A DNA stretch of 64,000 bases from an uncultured delta proteobacterium (GTDB lineage: Bacteria > Desulfobacterota > Binatia > UBA9968): assembly GCA_963745835.1 (NCBI GenBank), contig CAVUZH010000018.1, forward strand, positions 320,001 through 384,000, read 5' to 3'. The notes beneath the pieces are model-generated. The model saw only the letters and a list, made by a program, of their open reading frames with translations, did no database searches and was not told where the DNA came from. Positions within the stretch are counted from its first letter, which is position 1, and every line of letters starts with the position of its first letter. Position numbers and translations under genes: made by a program. This document shows positions 10,765-21,063 of the stretch, piece by piece.

Positions 10765-12057
10765 ATGAGCTCCAATAACGGTCATACGCCGAATGGTGGC
10801 CCGCCGCGTCGCCGTGTAGTAGTAACCGGGATCGGCGCCGTCAGCCCGAACGGCATCGGTCGTGACGCCTACTGGAGGTCTCTTCGTTGCGGCCGCAGTG
10901 GGGTCGATCTGATTTCGCAATTTCCGACTGACGAGCTCTCGTGCCAAATCGCCGGTGAAGTTAAAAATTTTCGCGCCGAGGATTATTTACCGCCGCAGGA
11001 TTTGCGGCGGGTCGGGCGAGCCGTGCCGCTGCTGCTCGCCGCCACTCGGGAAGCCTTAACCGAAGCTGGAATTGTTTGGCAGGAGTTGAGCCTGGAAGAA
11101 AGACGCTCCTGGGGTGTGATAGTCGGCAGCGGCGGCGGCACTCCGGATTTCACCGAAGAGCAATACCGCCTGTTCTTTTCCAACCAGATGCGCAAGGTGA
11201 GCGCTTACAATGTCTCGGGCTCGACGCCAGGCAACGTCTCCAGCGAGGTCTCGCTCCATTTCGACCTGCGTGGCCCGAGTCATCTCATCTCCACCGGCTG
11301 CACCAGCTCCACCGATGCGCTCGGCTATGCGTTCAATATGATTCGCTTCGGTTTGGCAGAGCACCTGGTAACGGGCGGAACTGATGCCACGATCACGCCG
11401 GGGATCATGCAGGGCTTTTGCGTGATGCGGGTGGTCTCCTGTTCGCGCAACAGCGAACCACACCGGGCTTCGCGCCCGTTCGATCGCAGCCGCGACGGGT
11501 TCGTGCTCGGCGAGGGCGCTTGGACGCTGGTTCTCGAGGAGCGCCGCAGCGCTCTGGCCCGCGGAGCACAAATTTATGCGGAAGTTCTTGGTTATGGCTC
11601 CACCTGTGATGCGTATCACCGGGTCCGGCTCGACCCGAATGGAGAAGAGCCGGCAAGGGCCATGAGCCTGGCGATCCAAGATGCCGCCATCGCCAAAGAC
11701 GAGATCGGATACGTGGCGCTGCACGGCACCTCGACGATTCTCAATGACAGAACCGAGACGGTTGCCGCCAAGCTTTGTTTTGGCCGGCGCGCTTACGAGA
11801 TCCCCATGAGCTCGGTGAAATCCATGATCGGCCACCCGCAGGGAGCTTCGGGCGCAGCCGGCGTGGTTGCCGCGATTATGGCGATGAACCACAATTTTTT
11901 GCCGCCGACCATCAACTGTGACGAGCCGGATCCGGAGTGCGACCTTAACTATATTCCAAATCGGGGCATTTCCCGGCCTGTCGACATTTCATTGTGCAAT
12001 TGCATCGGCTTCGGCTCCAAGAACTCGGCCCTGGTAATCGCTCGGGGAGAGATGTGA
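10765..12057 (+). CDS. Beta-ketoacyl synthase (FabF / type II PKS KS-alpha-like)
   Basis: VVVTGIGAVSPNG, STGCTSS (Cys), HGTST and KSMIGH (His-His), RDGFVLGEGA. Confidence 0.9.
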   Translation: MSSNNGHTPNGGPPRRRVVVTGIGAVSPNGIGRDAYWRSLRCGRSGVDLISQFPTDELSCQIAGEVKNFRAEDYLPPQDLRRVGRAVPLLLAATREALTEAGIVWQELSLEERRSWGVIVGSGGGTPDFTEEQYRLFFSNQMRKVSAYNVSGSTPGNVSSEVSLHFDLRGPSHLISTGCTSSTDALGYAFNMIRFGLAEHLVTGGTDATITPGIMQGFCVMRVVSCSRNSEPHRASRPFDRSRDGFVLGEGAWTLVLEERRSALARGAQIYAEVLGYGSTCDAYHRVRLDPNGEEPARAMSLAIQDAAIAKDEIGYVALHGTSTILNDRTETVAAKLCFGRRAYEIPMSSVKSMIGHPQGASGAAGVVAAIMAMNHNFLPPTINCDEPDPECDLNYIPNRGISRPVDISLCNCIGFGSKNSALVIARGEM

Positions 12058-12848
12058 AGCGCAGCATGGCCCCCGAGATGATGGACTCGCCGGACAACCC
12101 GCGCGAGCTCCTGGAAGATGATCTGCGCAATTTGCGAATCATCAATCGATATCTGGGAAACTATCGAGCCGTGCTTGGCGGTTTGGCGCGGCTGATCGAG
12201 GAACAAAAGTTAAAGCGGTTTTCCCTCCTCGACGTCGGCACGGGAAGCGCCGACATTCCGGCGCTAATCGCCTCATGGGCGCGGCGCCAACATCTCACCG
12301 CTCAAGTAATCGGTCTCGATCCGGAGCCGGTGACTCTACGTGCAGCGGTCAAGCAAACTCGTAATTATCCGGAGATCGGTCTGATGCGAGGTGATGGCCG
12401 GGCGCTGCCGTTGGCTTCGGATGCTGTCGATTTCGTGCTCTCATCCCAGATGCTTCATCACTTTTCCGAGGATGACATCATCAATCTGCTCAGGGGCTGG
12501 TCTCGCGTGGCGCGCCGGGCGATCATCGTTTGCGATCTGGTGCGGCATCCGGTGGCGTACCATGGAATCCGTCTAGTTACCAAAGCTTTGACGCGCAACA
12601 TTATGACCCGTACCGATGGGCCGCTCTCGGTGCAACGGGCATTTACCTTGGATGAGTGGCGCGACTTGTTCGAACGCGCCGGAATCGGTCCGTTTCGACT
12701 GTTTCCAAAATTTCCCTTTCGGCAGATAACAATTTTCTCAATGCTGGAACGAAAGTCGGCAAGCCGGCTGCGCGATGATCAAAACCATCATAGAAGTTTG
12801 GCCGGGTCATCGTCGGCTGATTGTGATGCTGGTCCGACCGGAATGTAA
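12054..12848 (+). CDS. SAM-dependent methyltransferase
   Basis: GTG start overlapping upstream TGA; EMMD..., LLDVGTGSADIP, LHHF, TDGPLSVQRAFT. Confidence 0.85.
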   Translation: MKRSMAPEMMDSPDNPRELLEDDLRNLRIINRYLGNYRAVLGGLARLIEEQKLKRFSLLDVGTGSADIPALIASWARRQHLTAQVIGLDPEPVTLRAAVKQTRNYPEIGLMRGDGRALPLASDAVDFVLSSQMLHHFSEDDIINLLRGWSRVARRAIIVCDLVRHPVAYHGIRLVTKALTRNIMTRTDGPLSVQRAFTLDEWRDLFERAGIGPFRLFPKFPFRQITIFSMLERKSASRLRDDQNHHRSLAGSSSADCDAGPTGM

Positions 12849-12892
12849 TTGGGACTCTCGGCAATCCGCCAACGATCACCAATAGAGTTGAA

Positions 12893-14054
12893 ATGGAAAA
12901 GTTCGATGCGGCTATAATCGGCGCCGGACCCGCTGGGGCTGCCGCGGCAATATCCCTGGCCGACAAAGGTTACCGGGTGGCGCTGATCGATAAGGAAAAG
13001 TTTCCACGCGGCAAGCTGTGCGGCGATTTCATCAATCCGGTTAACTGGCCGATTCTGCGCGAGCTTGACGTCGAGAACGATATATTTTCTTCCGAGCACG
13101 GCAAAGTCAGGGCGTTTCGGATCACCGCCTGTTCCGGCGAACACGCAGAAGCTCACTTGCCGGCGCAGAGCGGCGGGCCAGAATTCGGGCTGGGCCTGAG
13201 CCGTACCATCTTCGATCTCGCTTTATTGCGAAAAGCCGAACAGAAGGGCGCGGTAGTCCTGCAAGGCTGCAGAATCAAAAGCTTAGGACGTAAACTCCGG
13301 GGATGGGAGCTGTTACTTGATCATGCGCCGGGCGACGCCGAAATCCGCGCGCCTGTTGTAGTCGGAGCTGACGGAAGGAATTCATGGGTTGCACACCGGC
13401 TGGGTCTGACCAGCGCGGTCGAAACACAAGGGCGTTCGGTGGGCTTTCAGTTTAACCTCGATGCTCTCGATGCCATCAGGGGCAACATCGATATTCATCT
13501 ATTCCCGGGCGGCTACGCCGGAGTGGTTGGGCTCGGCGGCAACTCTTTCAATCTGTGTCTGGCAGTAGATAAACAAAGGCTGCCGCGTGAACGGCAAGTG
13601 GAGTTCTTGTCGGAATCGTTGCTACCGCAAAACCCCTATCTGCGAGAATTGCTCCTCAGCAGCCGCCGAGTGGGCGAGGCTCGGGCGACTTATCCGGTCT
13701 ATTTTAAACCGCGGCGCTGCGTAGCCGACGGCATTCTGTTTATTGGTGATGCCGCGCGGGTCAACGAGCCGGTGAGCGGCGAAGGGATTTACTTCGCGAT
13801 GAAAAGCGCGCTGCTGGCGGCCGAGACTATCGATGAGGCGTTTGGCGCCGGCGATTTTTCCGCAGACCCGCTTGCGCTCTTATGAACGCCGCTGCCGCCG
13901 GGAGTTCAAGCTTCGCCGGCGACTCAACATGCTCCTGCGGCATTTAGCCTATCGTCCCGCGCTGCTGACGCCGTTTGTGCGTTTTTCTGCGAAACACGGA
14001 CGGCTGCTCGACGCGCTCGTCCAGGCGATCTGCGCGCCGCAGCCGGCCCGTTGA
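12893..14054 (+). CDS. FAD-dependent oxidoreductase (geranylgeranyl-reductase-like), frameshift near 13868
   Basis: IIGAGPAG, FPRGKLCG, GADGRNS, GDAARVNEPVSGEGIYFA; tail continues in ORF ending 14054. Confidence 0.85.
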
Positions 14055-14083
14055 AGTCTCGTCTAATCGAAAGAAATATTACG

Positions 14084-14149
14084 CGCGGAGGACGCGGAGG
14101 AGAGCGTTTGAATTTAAGATCTCTGCGCACTCTGAGCCTCTGCGGTGAA
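14084..14149. repeat. Short inverted array of about 9-bp units (CGCGGAGGA / CTCTGCG)
   Basis: cgcggagga cgcggagga gag ... ctctgcgca ctctgagc ctctgcggtgaa. Confidence 0.6.
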
Positions 14150-14254
14150 TTCCTCTTTATCCCCTTTAGGTTTTGGTTCCGTCACGCCGGGTGCTTCGCG
14201 GCGAGATGACGCTTTCCAGATGACAGCCTCCCGGCTTATGAGTATATTTGCAGA

Positions 14255-15927
14255 ATGATTCCTGAATTTACCGCCGAAGAACAGAAACGTCTGGTCGCTT
14301 TTTTCACGAACCTCGAGCGACCGATTTTTGGTTTGAAGCTTCCCCAAGAAGTAGCCGGGGCGCTGTTTTCGCGTTACAGCCGCTCGTCCAAGAGCTTGCG
14401 TCGCACATTCCTGGATGAGTTCCTGGGCGATCCCGAGCTCGGATTGAAAGATCTGCTCGGCGGCCAGCCGGTGGACGACGACAGCGCGGCCCTGAAAAAA
14501 GCGCGCGCCTTTTATGATCGCGTGCTGGTCGGCTATGGCGACGATTCCGTCGCGCAACTGGGCGGAGCGCACATCGCCTGTGAAAATATTTCCAATGTCG
14601 CGGCCAAGCTTATCGAAGACGCGCGCATTGGCATCGCGCCGCTGGAGAAGTCAACCCGCTATGTGCGTTTCGATCACAAGGACGCCGACGGAAATTATCT
14701 TTTTTACCGCGAGCCGAAGATCATGGCATCACGCCATGCTGCTTCTTATGTCGAAGTGATGAACCTGCTCTTCGACACCTATTCGAAGCAGATGGAGCCG
14801 ATGCTCGAGTGCGTCGCGCGTTCGCTACCCATCGAGCAAGTGGAAGCGCGCGATCCGAGCAGCGGCAAAGCGTTGCCCTACGCCGAGGCCAAGAAAGATG
14901 AACGTTTAAAGCGCTGGGCGGAGACGGCTTACCGCGCCACCGTGCGCGCCCATGCTTGTGATGTTTTACGTAGCTATCTGCCGGCTGCGACGTTGACCAA
15001 CGTTGGCATGTTCGGCGCCGGCCAGGCGTTCGAATATCTTCTGAGTAAGCTCTATTCCAATGAGTTGAGCGAAGCCAAAGCGGTTGCCGGAGCAATGCAT
15101 GGTGAGCTGAATCAATTGATACCGTCCTTTATCAAGCGCGCCCAATCCAACGAGTATCTGGCGCAGACGTCGGCATCGGCGAAAAACATCGCGGCTAAGA
15201 TCACCAAAGATTCTCCGCGGGAAACCCAGCCGGTGGTCTTGCTGGATTACGACGCGGATGCGGAAGAAAAAGTGGTGGCGGCGATTCTTTACGCGCACGC
15301 GCGCCATCCGCTACAGCAGCTACGAGAGATCGTTACCAGGATGGATCCCTCCCAGCGGCGACAGATCCTGCAGGAGCAGTTTGCCAAGCGCCGGCACCGC
15401 CGCGACAAGCTCAGCCGGGCCTTCGAGAATGCCTATTACACCTTCGACATTCTCGGCAATCTCGGACTCTATCGCGATTTGCACCGGCATAGAATTCTCA
15501 CTCAGGAGCGCCAGGACTTCACGACGGTCCACGGCTACGACACGCCGCCGGAGATTGAGGAAGCCGGTTTTAAATCCGAGTTCGAGGAATGCATGAAACG
15601 CGCGGCGGATCTGTACGAGCAAATCTTCAAAGATTTGCCATGCGAAGCGCAGTACGTGGTGCCGTTCGCCTTTAAGATTCGCTGGTACATGAAAATGAAT
15701 CTGCGCGAGGCCTTGCACATGTGCGAGCTGCGCACCATGCCCCAAGGGCATCCCGACTACCGTTTCATCTGCCAGGAGATGTGGCGCAAGATCCAGGAAG
15801 TTCATCCGGCACTGGCCGAATGCGGGAAAGTTTATCGATTGGGGGAAGTATCAGGTTGGGGCGTCTGCAGTCCGAGATGCGCACGGAGTTCAAAAGGTCG
15901 ACTTTGGAGAAGAAGAATAGACATTAA
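14255..15927 (+). CDS. thyX: FAD-dependent thymidylate synthase, double-domain type; indel(s) near 15830-15850
   Basis: RYSRS, GYGDDSVAQLG, LEKSTRY, DLHRHR, ELRTMPQGHPDYR; tail RLGRLQSE ends at 15927 in shifted frame. Confidence 0.85.
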
Positions 15928-16071
15928 ATTAAAAAGAACTTCTTATGCCGGGTTAGGTGTTTACTATAGGCGGTTCATAGAAAAACGGCCGCTCGTCGGG
16001 ATAAGATGGTAAATCTTCGGGTACGGCTCTGTTGCCAGAAATTTTGAAGCCAAATTTAGAGGAGTGAACCC

Positions 16072-16311
16072 ATGACCCGCCCAGCAAGAGAATTAGTCAA
16101 TGCCGCGATCAAACTTGACGAAAGTGAGCGTGTTAAAATTGTCGAGGAAATCCTAGCGAGCTTGGAGCCTGATACTGACGACGATGTGGACGCTGCCTGG
16201 GCAGCAGAGGTCGAACGGCGATCGCAGGAGATCAAGGAGCGCGTCGTTCGGCCTGTTCCCTGGACAGAGGTGAAATCGCAGGCCAGAAAGCGAGTTCGTG
16301 GCCGCGGCTAA
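16072..16311 (+). CDS. Addiction-module antitoxin component
   Basis: AAIKLDESERVKIVEEILASL..DAAWAAEVERR..VPWTEV; overlaps toxin start. Confidence 0.8.
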   Translation: MTRPARELVNAAIKLDESERVKIVEEILASLEPDTDDDVDAAWAAEVERRSQEIKERVVRPVPWTEVKSQARKRVRGRG

Positions 16312-16605
16312 GGTCGCATTTCATCCTGACGCCTCCGCGGAATATGCAGCGGCTTTTCTCTGGTACTATGCGCGGGGAACAACGATCGCTTACGACATGA
16401 GCGCGAAATTGATCGCGCTGTCCGACTGATCTCCCAGAACCCGTTGCGCTGGCCTAAATTCGATGAACAGAGACGCTGTCTGATCGTGCGCAAATTTCCG
16501 TATTCGATCATATATGAAATGCACCGTAATGATGTGGTGGTCGGTGCCGTGGCCCATAGCAAACGACGACCGTACTATTGGCGGGAACGTGCGGCAGACA
16601 AATAG
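16298..16605 (+). CDS. RelE/ParE-family toxin, frameshifted near 16398 (absent from ORF track)
   Basis: VAFHPDASAEYAAAFLWY then shifted EREIDRAVRLISQNPLRWP...RKFPYSIIY...VAHSKRRPYYWRER. Confidence 0.8.
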
Positions 16606-16637
16606 CCAGAATTCTTTTATTCCTTGGATCGTCAATC

Positions 16638-16918
16638 ATGCGCATGAAGAACCCACCCCATCCTGGACGCGTTGTGCGTCAAGAGTGCATCGAACCCTTG
16701 GCTTAACCGTAACTGAAGCAGCCAAACGCCTCGGAGTGACGCGGCAGGCCTTGAACAATCTCGTAAATGGCAAGGGTGGCATCTCTGCCGAGATGGCCGT
16801 GCGGTTTTCCAAAACGTTTGGATCAAGTCCAGAAGTGTGGCTCGGCATGCAGATGGAATATGATCTCGCCCAAGTCGAGAAACAAGCGCACAATATCAAG
16901 GTTAAAGGGGTAGCGTGA
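16638..16918 (+). CDS. higA: HigA/VapI-type HTH antitoxin, frameshift near 16700
   Basis: MRMKNPPHPGRVVRQECIEPL then LTVTEAAKRLGVTRQALNNLVNGKGGISAEMA..WLGMQMEYDL. Confidence 0.8.
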
Positions 16919-17105
16919 GAGTTTGTTCCGAGCCTGACTTAGTAGGTATTTGGCTTGCAAGTTTTTCTCGACAAAAATCTACTTAGAGACTCCGACATCG
17001 ATTCCACGGTTGCCCATTTGCGCAATTGAGCAAACATGGGGTAAAGGGACGAAGACGAAAGAGGGGACATTGGGGACGCTGTTTCCTGGCTGGATAAAGT
17101 TCCGC

Positions 17106-18320
17106 TTATCTCAAAAACTGCTTACGTAACGTACCGGTGCCGACAAAATGGGACAGCAGGCGAAAGTTCCGTGTCTCGTATCGGATACGACCGGCGATGA
17201 TTGCCGGATGAATGCCGAGGCGCTGTGCTAGCTCCATAACGGCCAGCGGCGTTGGGTTGTCCTTTACCTTGCTCGTATTCCATATGTCTTCTGGAATGAG
17301 CCCATTCTCGGCCCATTCATCCGCTTCGGTTTCTCGCGGATCACGTCGCGCCGCGTGCACGTCACGAAGACTCAGATCATCGACGAATGCTTCATTTTTC
17401 GTTTCGTTCATATGGCGGCCGATATGAGCAAGCTCGTGCAGCAAACAGAACCAGAAGTTATCGAGCCGATCATAGCGTAAGGTCAGTCCAATAACGGGTG
17501 TACCGTCGGCAAGTTGAAGGGCTGCACCGTCGAGGTGCGTACGTGGTAAATGCTCAAGATACACGAGATGAATACCGTGATTAGCGAGGAATTCTTGAGC
17601 GAGGCGGGGACCATCTTGTGACCAGCTCAATGTTGCCACTTTCTGCAGGAAAGCGAGGTCAACCGTACCGGGTTTAAAGCTGACAGGCAGCGGATGCGTA
17701 TTCGCTCTGGCTAACACTTCCCAGCACCAAGCTTTGAGAGAGTATGGATCAGTTTTCGCGTTGACACGTGCCTGATCATTCTTCCGATAGAACGTTGCAG
17801 GCAGAACATATTCGCCTCCGGCACGACCAATAAGATCACGCATGATTTCTTCGGCATGGGAGTCAAGATTGCGTCGCTTCTCGATCCATCCACGTTTCGC
17901 CATTTCTGCCACCGGAAACCGGTGCCACTCGGTGCCTTCGAGCGCCGAATGCAACTCACCGCCCGGTTGCTGTAACAGCACGTCAGCGGGAATACCGAGA
18001 TTCGCATGTAGCGCGCGCGCCATTTGCATCGTGAGTGGGCGTTTGCCGGATAACACCTCGGATACTTTTGCACGGCTGCCCATGAACGGAATAAGATCAC
18101 GCGGTGAAAGCCCGGATTGCTCCATGCGAAACCGGATTGCGCCAAGCGGGCTCGGAAAGCCCATGGGGACATGCTTCGCCTCGTAAAGTTCGACAAGATC
18201 CGTGAGCACATCGAGCTCCTCACCCTCAGAAGTACCGGCCTCAGCGTCCATAAGTTCATCGATACGCGCCATAGCGGCCTCATAATCAGTCTCGGTTCGA
18301 ATTGCTCGAATTTTGTTCAT
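17106..18320 (-). CDS. HigA-type HTH fused to ImmA/IrrE-like metallopeptidase
   Basis: AIRTETDYEAAM, GSRAKVSEVLSGKRPLT HTH, RYDRLDNFWFCLLHELAH zinc motif. Confidence 0.88.
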   Translation of the reverse strand: MNKIRAIRTETDYEAAMARIDELMDAEAGTSEGEELDVLTDLVELYEAKHVPMGFPSPLGAIRFRMEQSGLSPRDLIPFMGSRAKVSEVLSGKRPLTMQMARALHANLGIPADVLLQQPGGELHSALEGTEWHRFPVAEMAKRGWIEKRRNLDSHAEEIMRDLIGRAGGEYVLPATFYRKNDQARVNAKTDPYSLKAWCWEVLARANTHPLPVSFKPGTVDLAFLQKVATLSWSQDGPRLAQEFLANHGIHLVYLEHLPRTHLDGAALQLADGTPVIGLTLRYDRLDNFWFCLLHELAHIGRHMNETKNEAFVDDLSLRDVHAARRDPRETEADEWAENGLIPEDIWNTSKVKDNPTPLAVMELAQRLGIHPAIIAGRIRYETRNFRLLSHFVGTGTLRKQFLR

Positions 18321-18321
18321 G

Positions 18322-18612
18322 TCACACCTCCTTAACGTCGATCTCGTCGTATTCTTCGTGCGTCCCCACGAAACGCACATAAACCACTCGATACGGATAA
18401 TTGATTTTCACAACGAGCCTGTAGTCATTTCCTTTGATGTTGAATACAACGCGATCCCCTACAAAACTGGCACTTCTAAACTTGTCTTTTACTTGTGACG
18501 GCTTGGTCCAGTCCTCCTTTTCGACTTCGCGATACCAAGCCAAGAGCGGCTCTTCAGCATCCGGGCAGCGCGACCAAAATTCACGCAGGGCGCTCTTGGC
18601 AATGATCCGCAT
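18322..18612 (-). CDS. higB: HigB-family toxin
   Basis: MRIIAKSALREFW, RVVFNIKGNDYRLVV, FVGTHEEYD. Confidence 0.9.
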   Translation of the reverse strand: MRIIAKSALREFWSRCPDAEEPLLAWYREVEKEDWTKPSQVKDKFRSASFVGDRVVFNIKGNDYRLVVKINYPYRVVYVRFVGTHEEYDEIDVKEV

Positions 18613-18620
18613 TGGTCAAT

Positions 18621-18676
18621 ATAATATGCTCCCAAATATTAGTCAAGTACTTCTGATTATTTTGGGAGCATATTAT
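18621..18676. promoter_or_regulatory. Perfect 16-bp inverted repeat, probable HigA operator
   Basis: ATAATATGCTCCCAAA-N24-TTTGGGAGCATATTAT directly upstream of higB. Confidence 0.7.
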
Positions 18677-19102
18677 GTTAGGCTAGCTGTCCACAAAATT
18701 ACCGACTCGGTACCCCCAGGTGAACCAGCCGCGGGGCCAACGAGGGAGCACGGCGCCGGCAGCCTAAGAAATGGTGACCGGGAGAAAATAGGGTCGCGTC
18801 TACTTTGGTTAATCGGAGGTATTCAGCTCGACTGGAGGGGAAAAGATTCTAGGAATGTTGAGTATTGACTTATTCTGCAGGCGACAGAGTGACGGTCGCG
18901 TCTTTTACCTTCGCTGTTATCGGCTGAAATTCCAATTCAACTGACTTGTCAGAAATTCCCTGCAGCACAGAACCCAATTCTTGTTAGCGGAAGATTCGGG
19001 ATCAGTTCTTTAACAACACGGCTTGAGTGCCACGCTTCGCTACTTTGATATTTATTGAAGAGTTTAGTTTCTAGATGCCGACGCCTCAGTGCCATTGGGC
19101 TG

Positions 19103-19810
19103 CTAGAACTTTTCCGACCATGGCCGTAATTCAATGTGAGAGGCCCATGCGCTGCGGTGCTGGCGGTGCAGGTGGAGATAAGTCTGAGCGATGGCGTCCG
19201 GATCGAGACAGCCGTCGGGACCGCGCTCCGTCAAACGCTCCGGGCGTTCCGGGTTGTTAATTCCACCGTCGATCACTACTTGAGCGACGTGAATATTTCG
19301 CGGCTGAAGCTCACGCGCCATGCTTTGCACCAGCCCAGTCAGACCCATTTTGCCCATCGCGAATGCCGGGGAGTTGGCGTAACCTTTGACGCTCGCGGAT
19401 GCGCCGGTGAACAGGAGCGTGCCGTTGCCGGCTTTGAGCATTCTTTTGGCGGCCTCCTGGCCGATAAGAAACCCGCCGTAACAGGTGATCAAGATTGTCT
19501 GGCGCACGTCTTCGGGGTCGAGTTCGGTGATCGGACCGCGGACGCGACCGCTGGCATTGTAGACTACAAGATTGGGCTCGCCGAGATCTTGGCTCACCGA
19601 CTGGAACAGCTTTTTCACATCCGTTGGGCTGGTCGCATCGCATGCGTACGCGCGTCCGTCGATTTCTTTGACTAAGCTGTCCAGTTTTTTGATGTTGCGC
19701 GCGGCCAATGCCACCTTCATCCCTTCTCTCTTAAACAGCCTTGCCAGCGATGCGCTCAATCCCGGTCCGCTGCCGACAATCAATGCGATTTCTTGCTGTG
19801 CCATCGCCAA
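19103..19810 (-). CDS. SDR-family oxidoreductase
   Basis: VGSGPGLSASLAR, YNAS, TGASASVKG, FAMGK. Confidence 0.85.
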   Translation of the reverse strand: MAMAQQEIALIVGSGPGLSASLARLFKREGMKVALAARNIKKLDSLVKEIDGRAYACDATSPTDVKKLFQSVSQDLGEPNLVVYNASGRVRGPITELDPEDVRQTILITCYGGFLIGQEAAKRMLKAGNGTLLFTGASASVKGYANSPAFAMGKMGLTGLVQSMARELQPRNIHVAQVVIDGGINNPERPERLTERGPDGCLDPDAIAQTYLHLHRQHRSAWASHIELRPWSEKF

Positions 19811-20015
19811 TCCTCCAACCGGCCGGATATCAAGATGCGTTCAGACAGTCAATCAATAAAACAAACTGTAGAATAGCTGGCTTTTGAAGCTCATCATTCT
19901 CAAATCAAAATGAAAGATATGAGACAGCATCGAAAAATTCAGCACCAACAGGTACTATAAAGAAAGCTTTTGACCTGAAAATCTATTCACCATCCCGAGA
20001 CCGAATAGGACCAAC

Positions 20016-21017
20016 ATGACAATTCGCATCGCCCAGTTTGTGCACGCCACTCACGACGTAGTAGATGAAGCTTTCCTGCGGGAATTTCCCGAAGTCGAGG
20101 CGATCAAGGCCAATGATCTCGAAACGCTGGCCGATGCGCTCGAGGGAGCGGAAATTTTCCAAGTTTATAATTCCGCCTTCACGCCGGAGTTCGCCAAGCT
20201 CGTGCGCGACAAGGGATGCGCGCTGAAGTGGATTCAGTTCACCACCGTCGGTATCGATATCGCGCTGAAAGCCGGGCTGCCCGAAGGTGTCTGGGTCACC
20301 AACAGCGGCGACGTCAGCCAGCGGGTATTGGCGGGGCATGCCATCGCGTTGATGCTGGGCGTCATGCGAGGATTTCGTCGGTTCGAGCCGCTGCGCGCGC
20401 AACGTAATTATGCGCGGCAGGCTTTGCCTCGCTACATGATGGCGCCCGACGGCGCGCGCATGGTGATCCTCGGCATGGGCCGCATCGGCCAGGACATCGC
20501 GCGCAAAGCCAAGGCATTCGACATGGAAGTGATCTGCGTCACCCGCGCGCCGGCTCCCGCCGTGCCGGAGATCGACCACGTGGTGCCTCGCGAAAAGGTT
20601 GACGAGGTGCTTCCCGCCGCCGACGTGATCATGATCGCGATGCCGCTCGATGCCGGCACCCAGGGATTCATGAACGCCGAACGGATCGCGCTCATGAAAG
20701 AGACGGCGGTGTTCGTGAACATCTCCCGCGGCAAGGTGGTGGACGAGGCGGCGCTGGCGCGCGCGCTCGCCGAAGGCCGTATCATGGGCGCGGGGCTCGA
20801 CGCTTTCGCCCAGGAACCGTTGCCCGCAACGAGCCCGCTGTGGGATCTCCCAAACGTGCTGATGACGCCGCATGTCGGCGGCAACGGCGGGCGGGAGTTG
20901 TGGCGGCGTATGAGCGACCTGGTGCGCGACAACATGCGCCGCTATCTTTCGGGCGCGCCGCTCAAACACGTAGTCAGAACACCGGACGGCACGCTGCAAG
21001 GCTTGGGAAATCTGTAG
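20016..21017 (+). CDS. D-2-hydroxyacid dehydrogenase family protein
   Basis: GMGRIG, VNISRGKVVDE, GLDAFAQEPLP, TPHVGG. Confidence 0.88.
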   Translation: MTIRIAQFVHATHDVVDEAFLREFPEVEAIKANDLETLADALEGAEIFQVYNSAFTPEFAKLVRDKGCALKWIQFTTVGIDIALKAGLPEGVWVTNSGDVSQRVLAGHAIALMLGVMRGFRRFEPLRAQRNYARQALPRYMMAPDGARMVILGMGRIGQDIARKAKAFDMEVICVTRAPAPAVPEIDHVVPREKVDEVLPAADVIMIAMPLDAGTQGFMNAERIALMKETAVFVNISRGKVVDEAALARALAEGRIMGAGLDAFAQEPLPATSPLWDLPNVLMTPHVGGNGGRELWRRMSDLVRDNMRRYLSGAPLKHVVRTPDGTLQGLGNL

Positions 21018-21063
21018 GCTGACAACTCAGGTTTTTCCGTGGTGCCCAAAGGAGGGAGCGAAC

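Noticed and set aside
19983-20999. 338-aa antisense ORF over the hydroxyacid dehydrogenase
   Set aside because: Same shadow-ORF effect in a GC-rich gene
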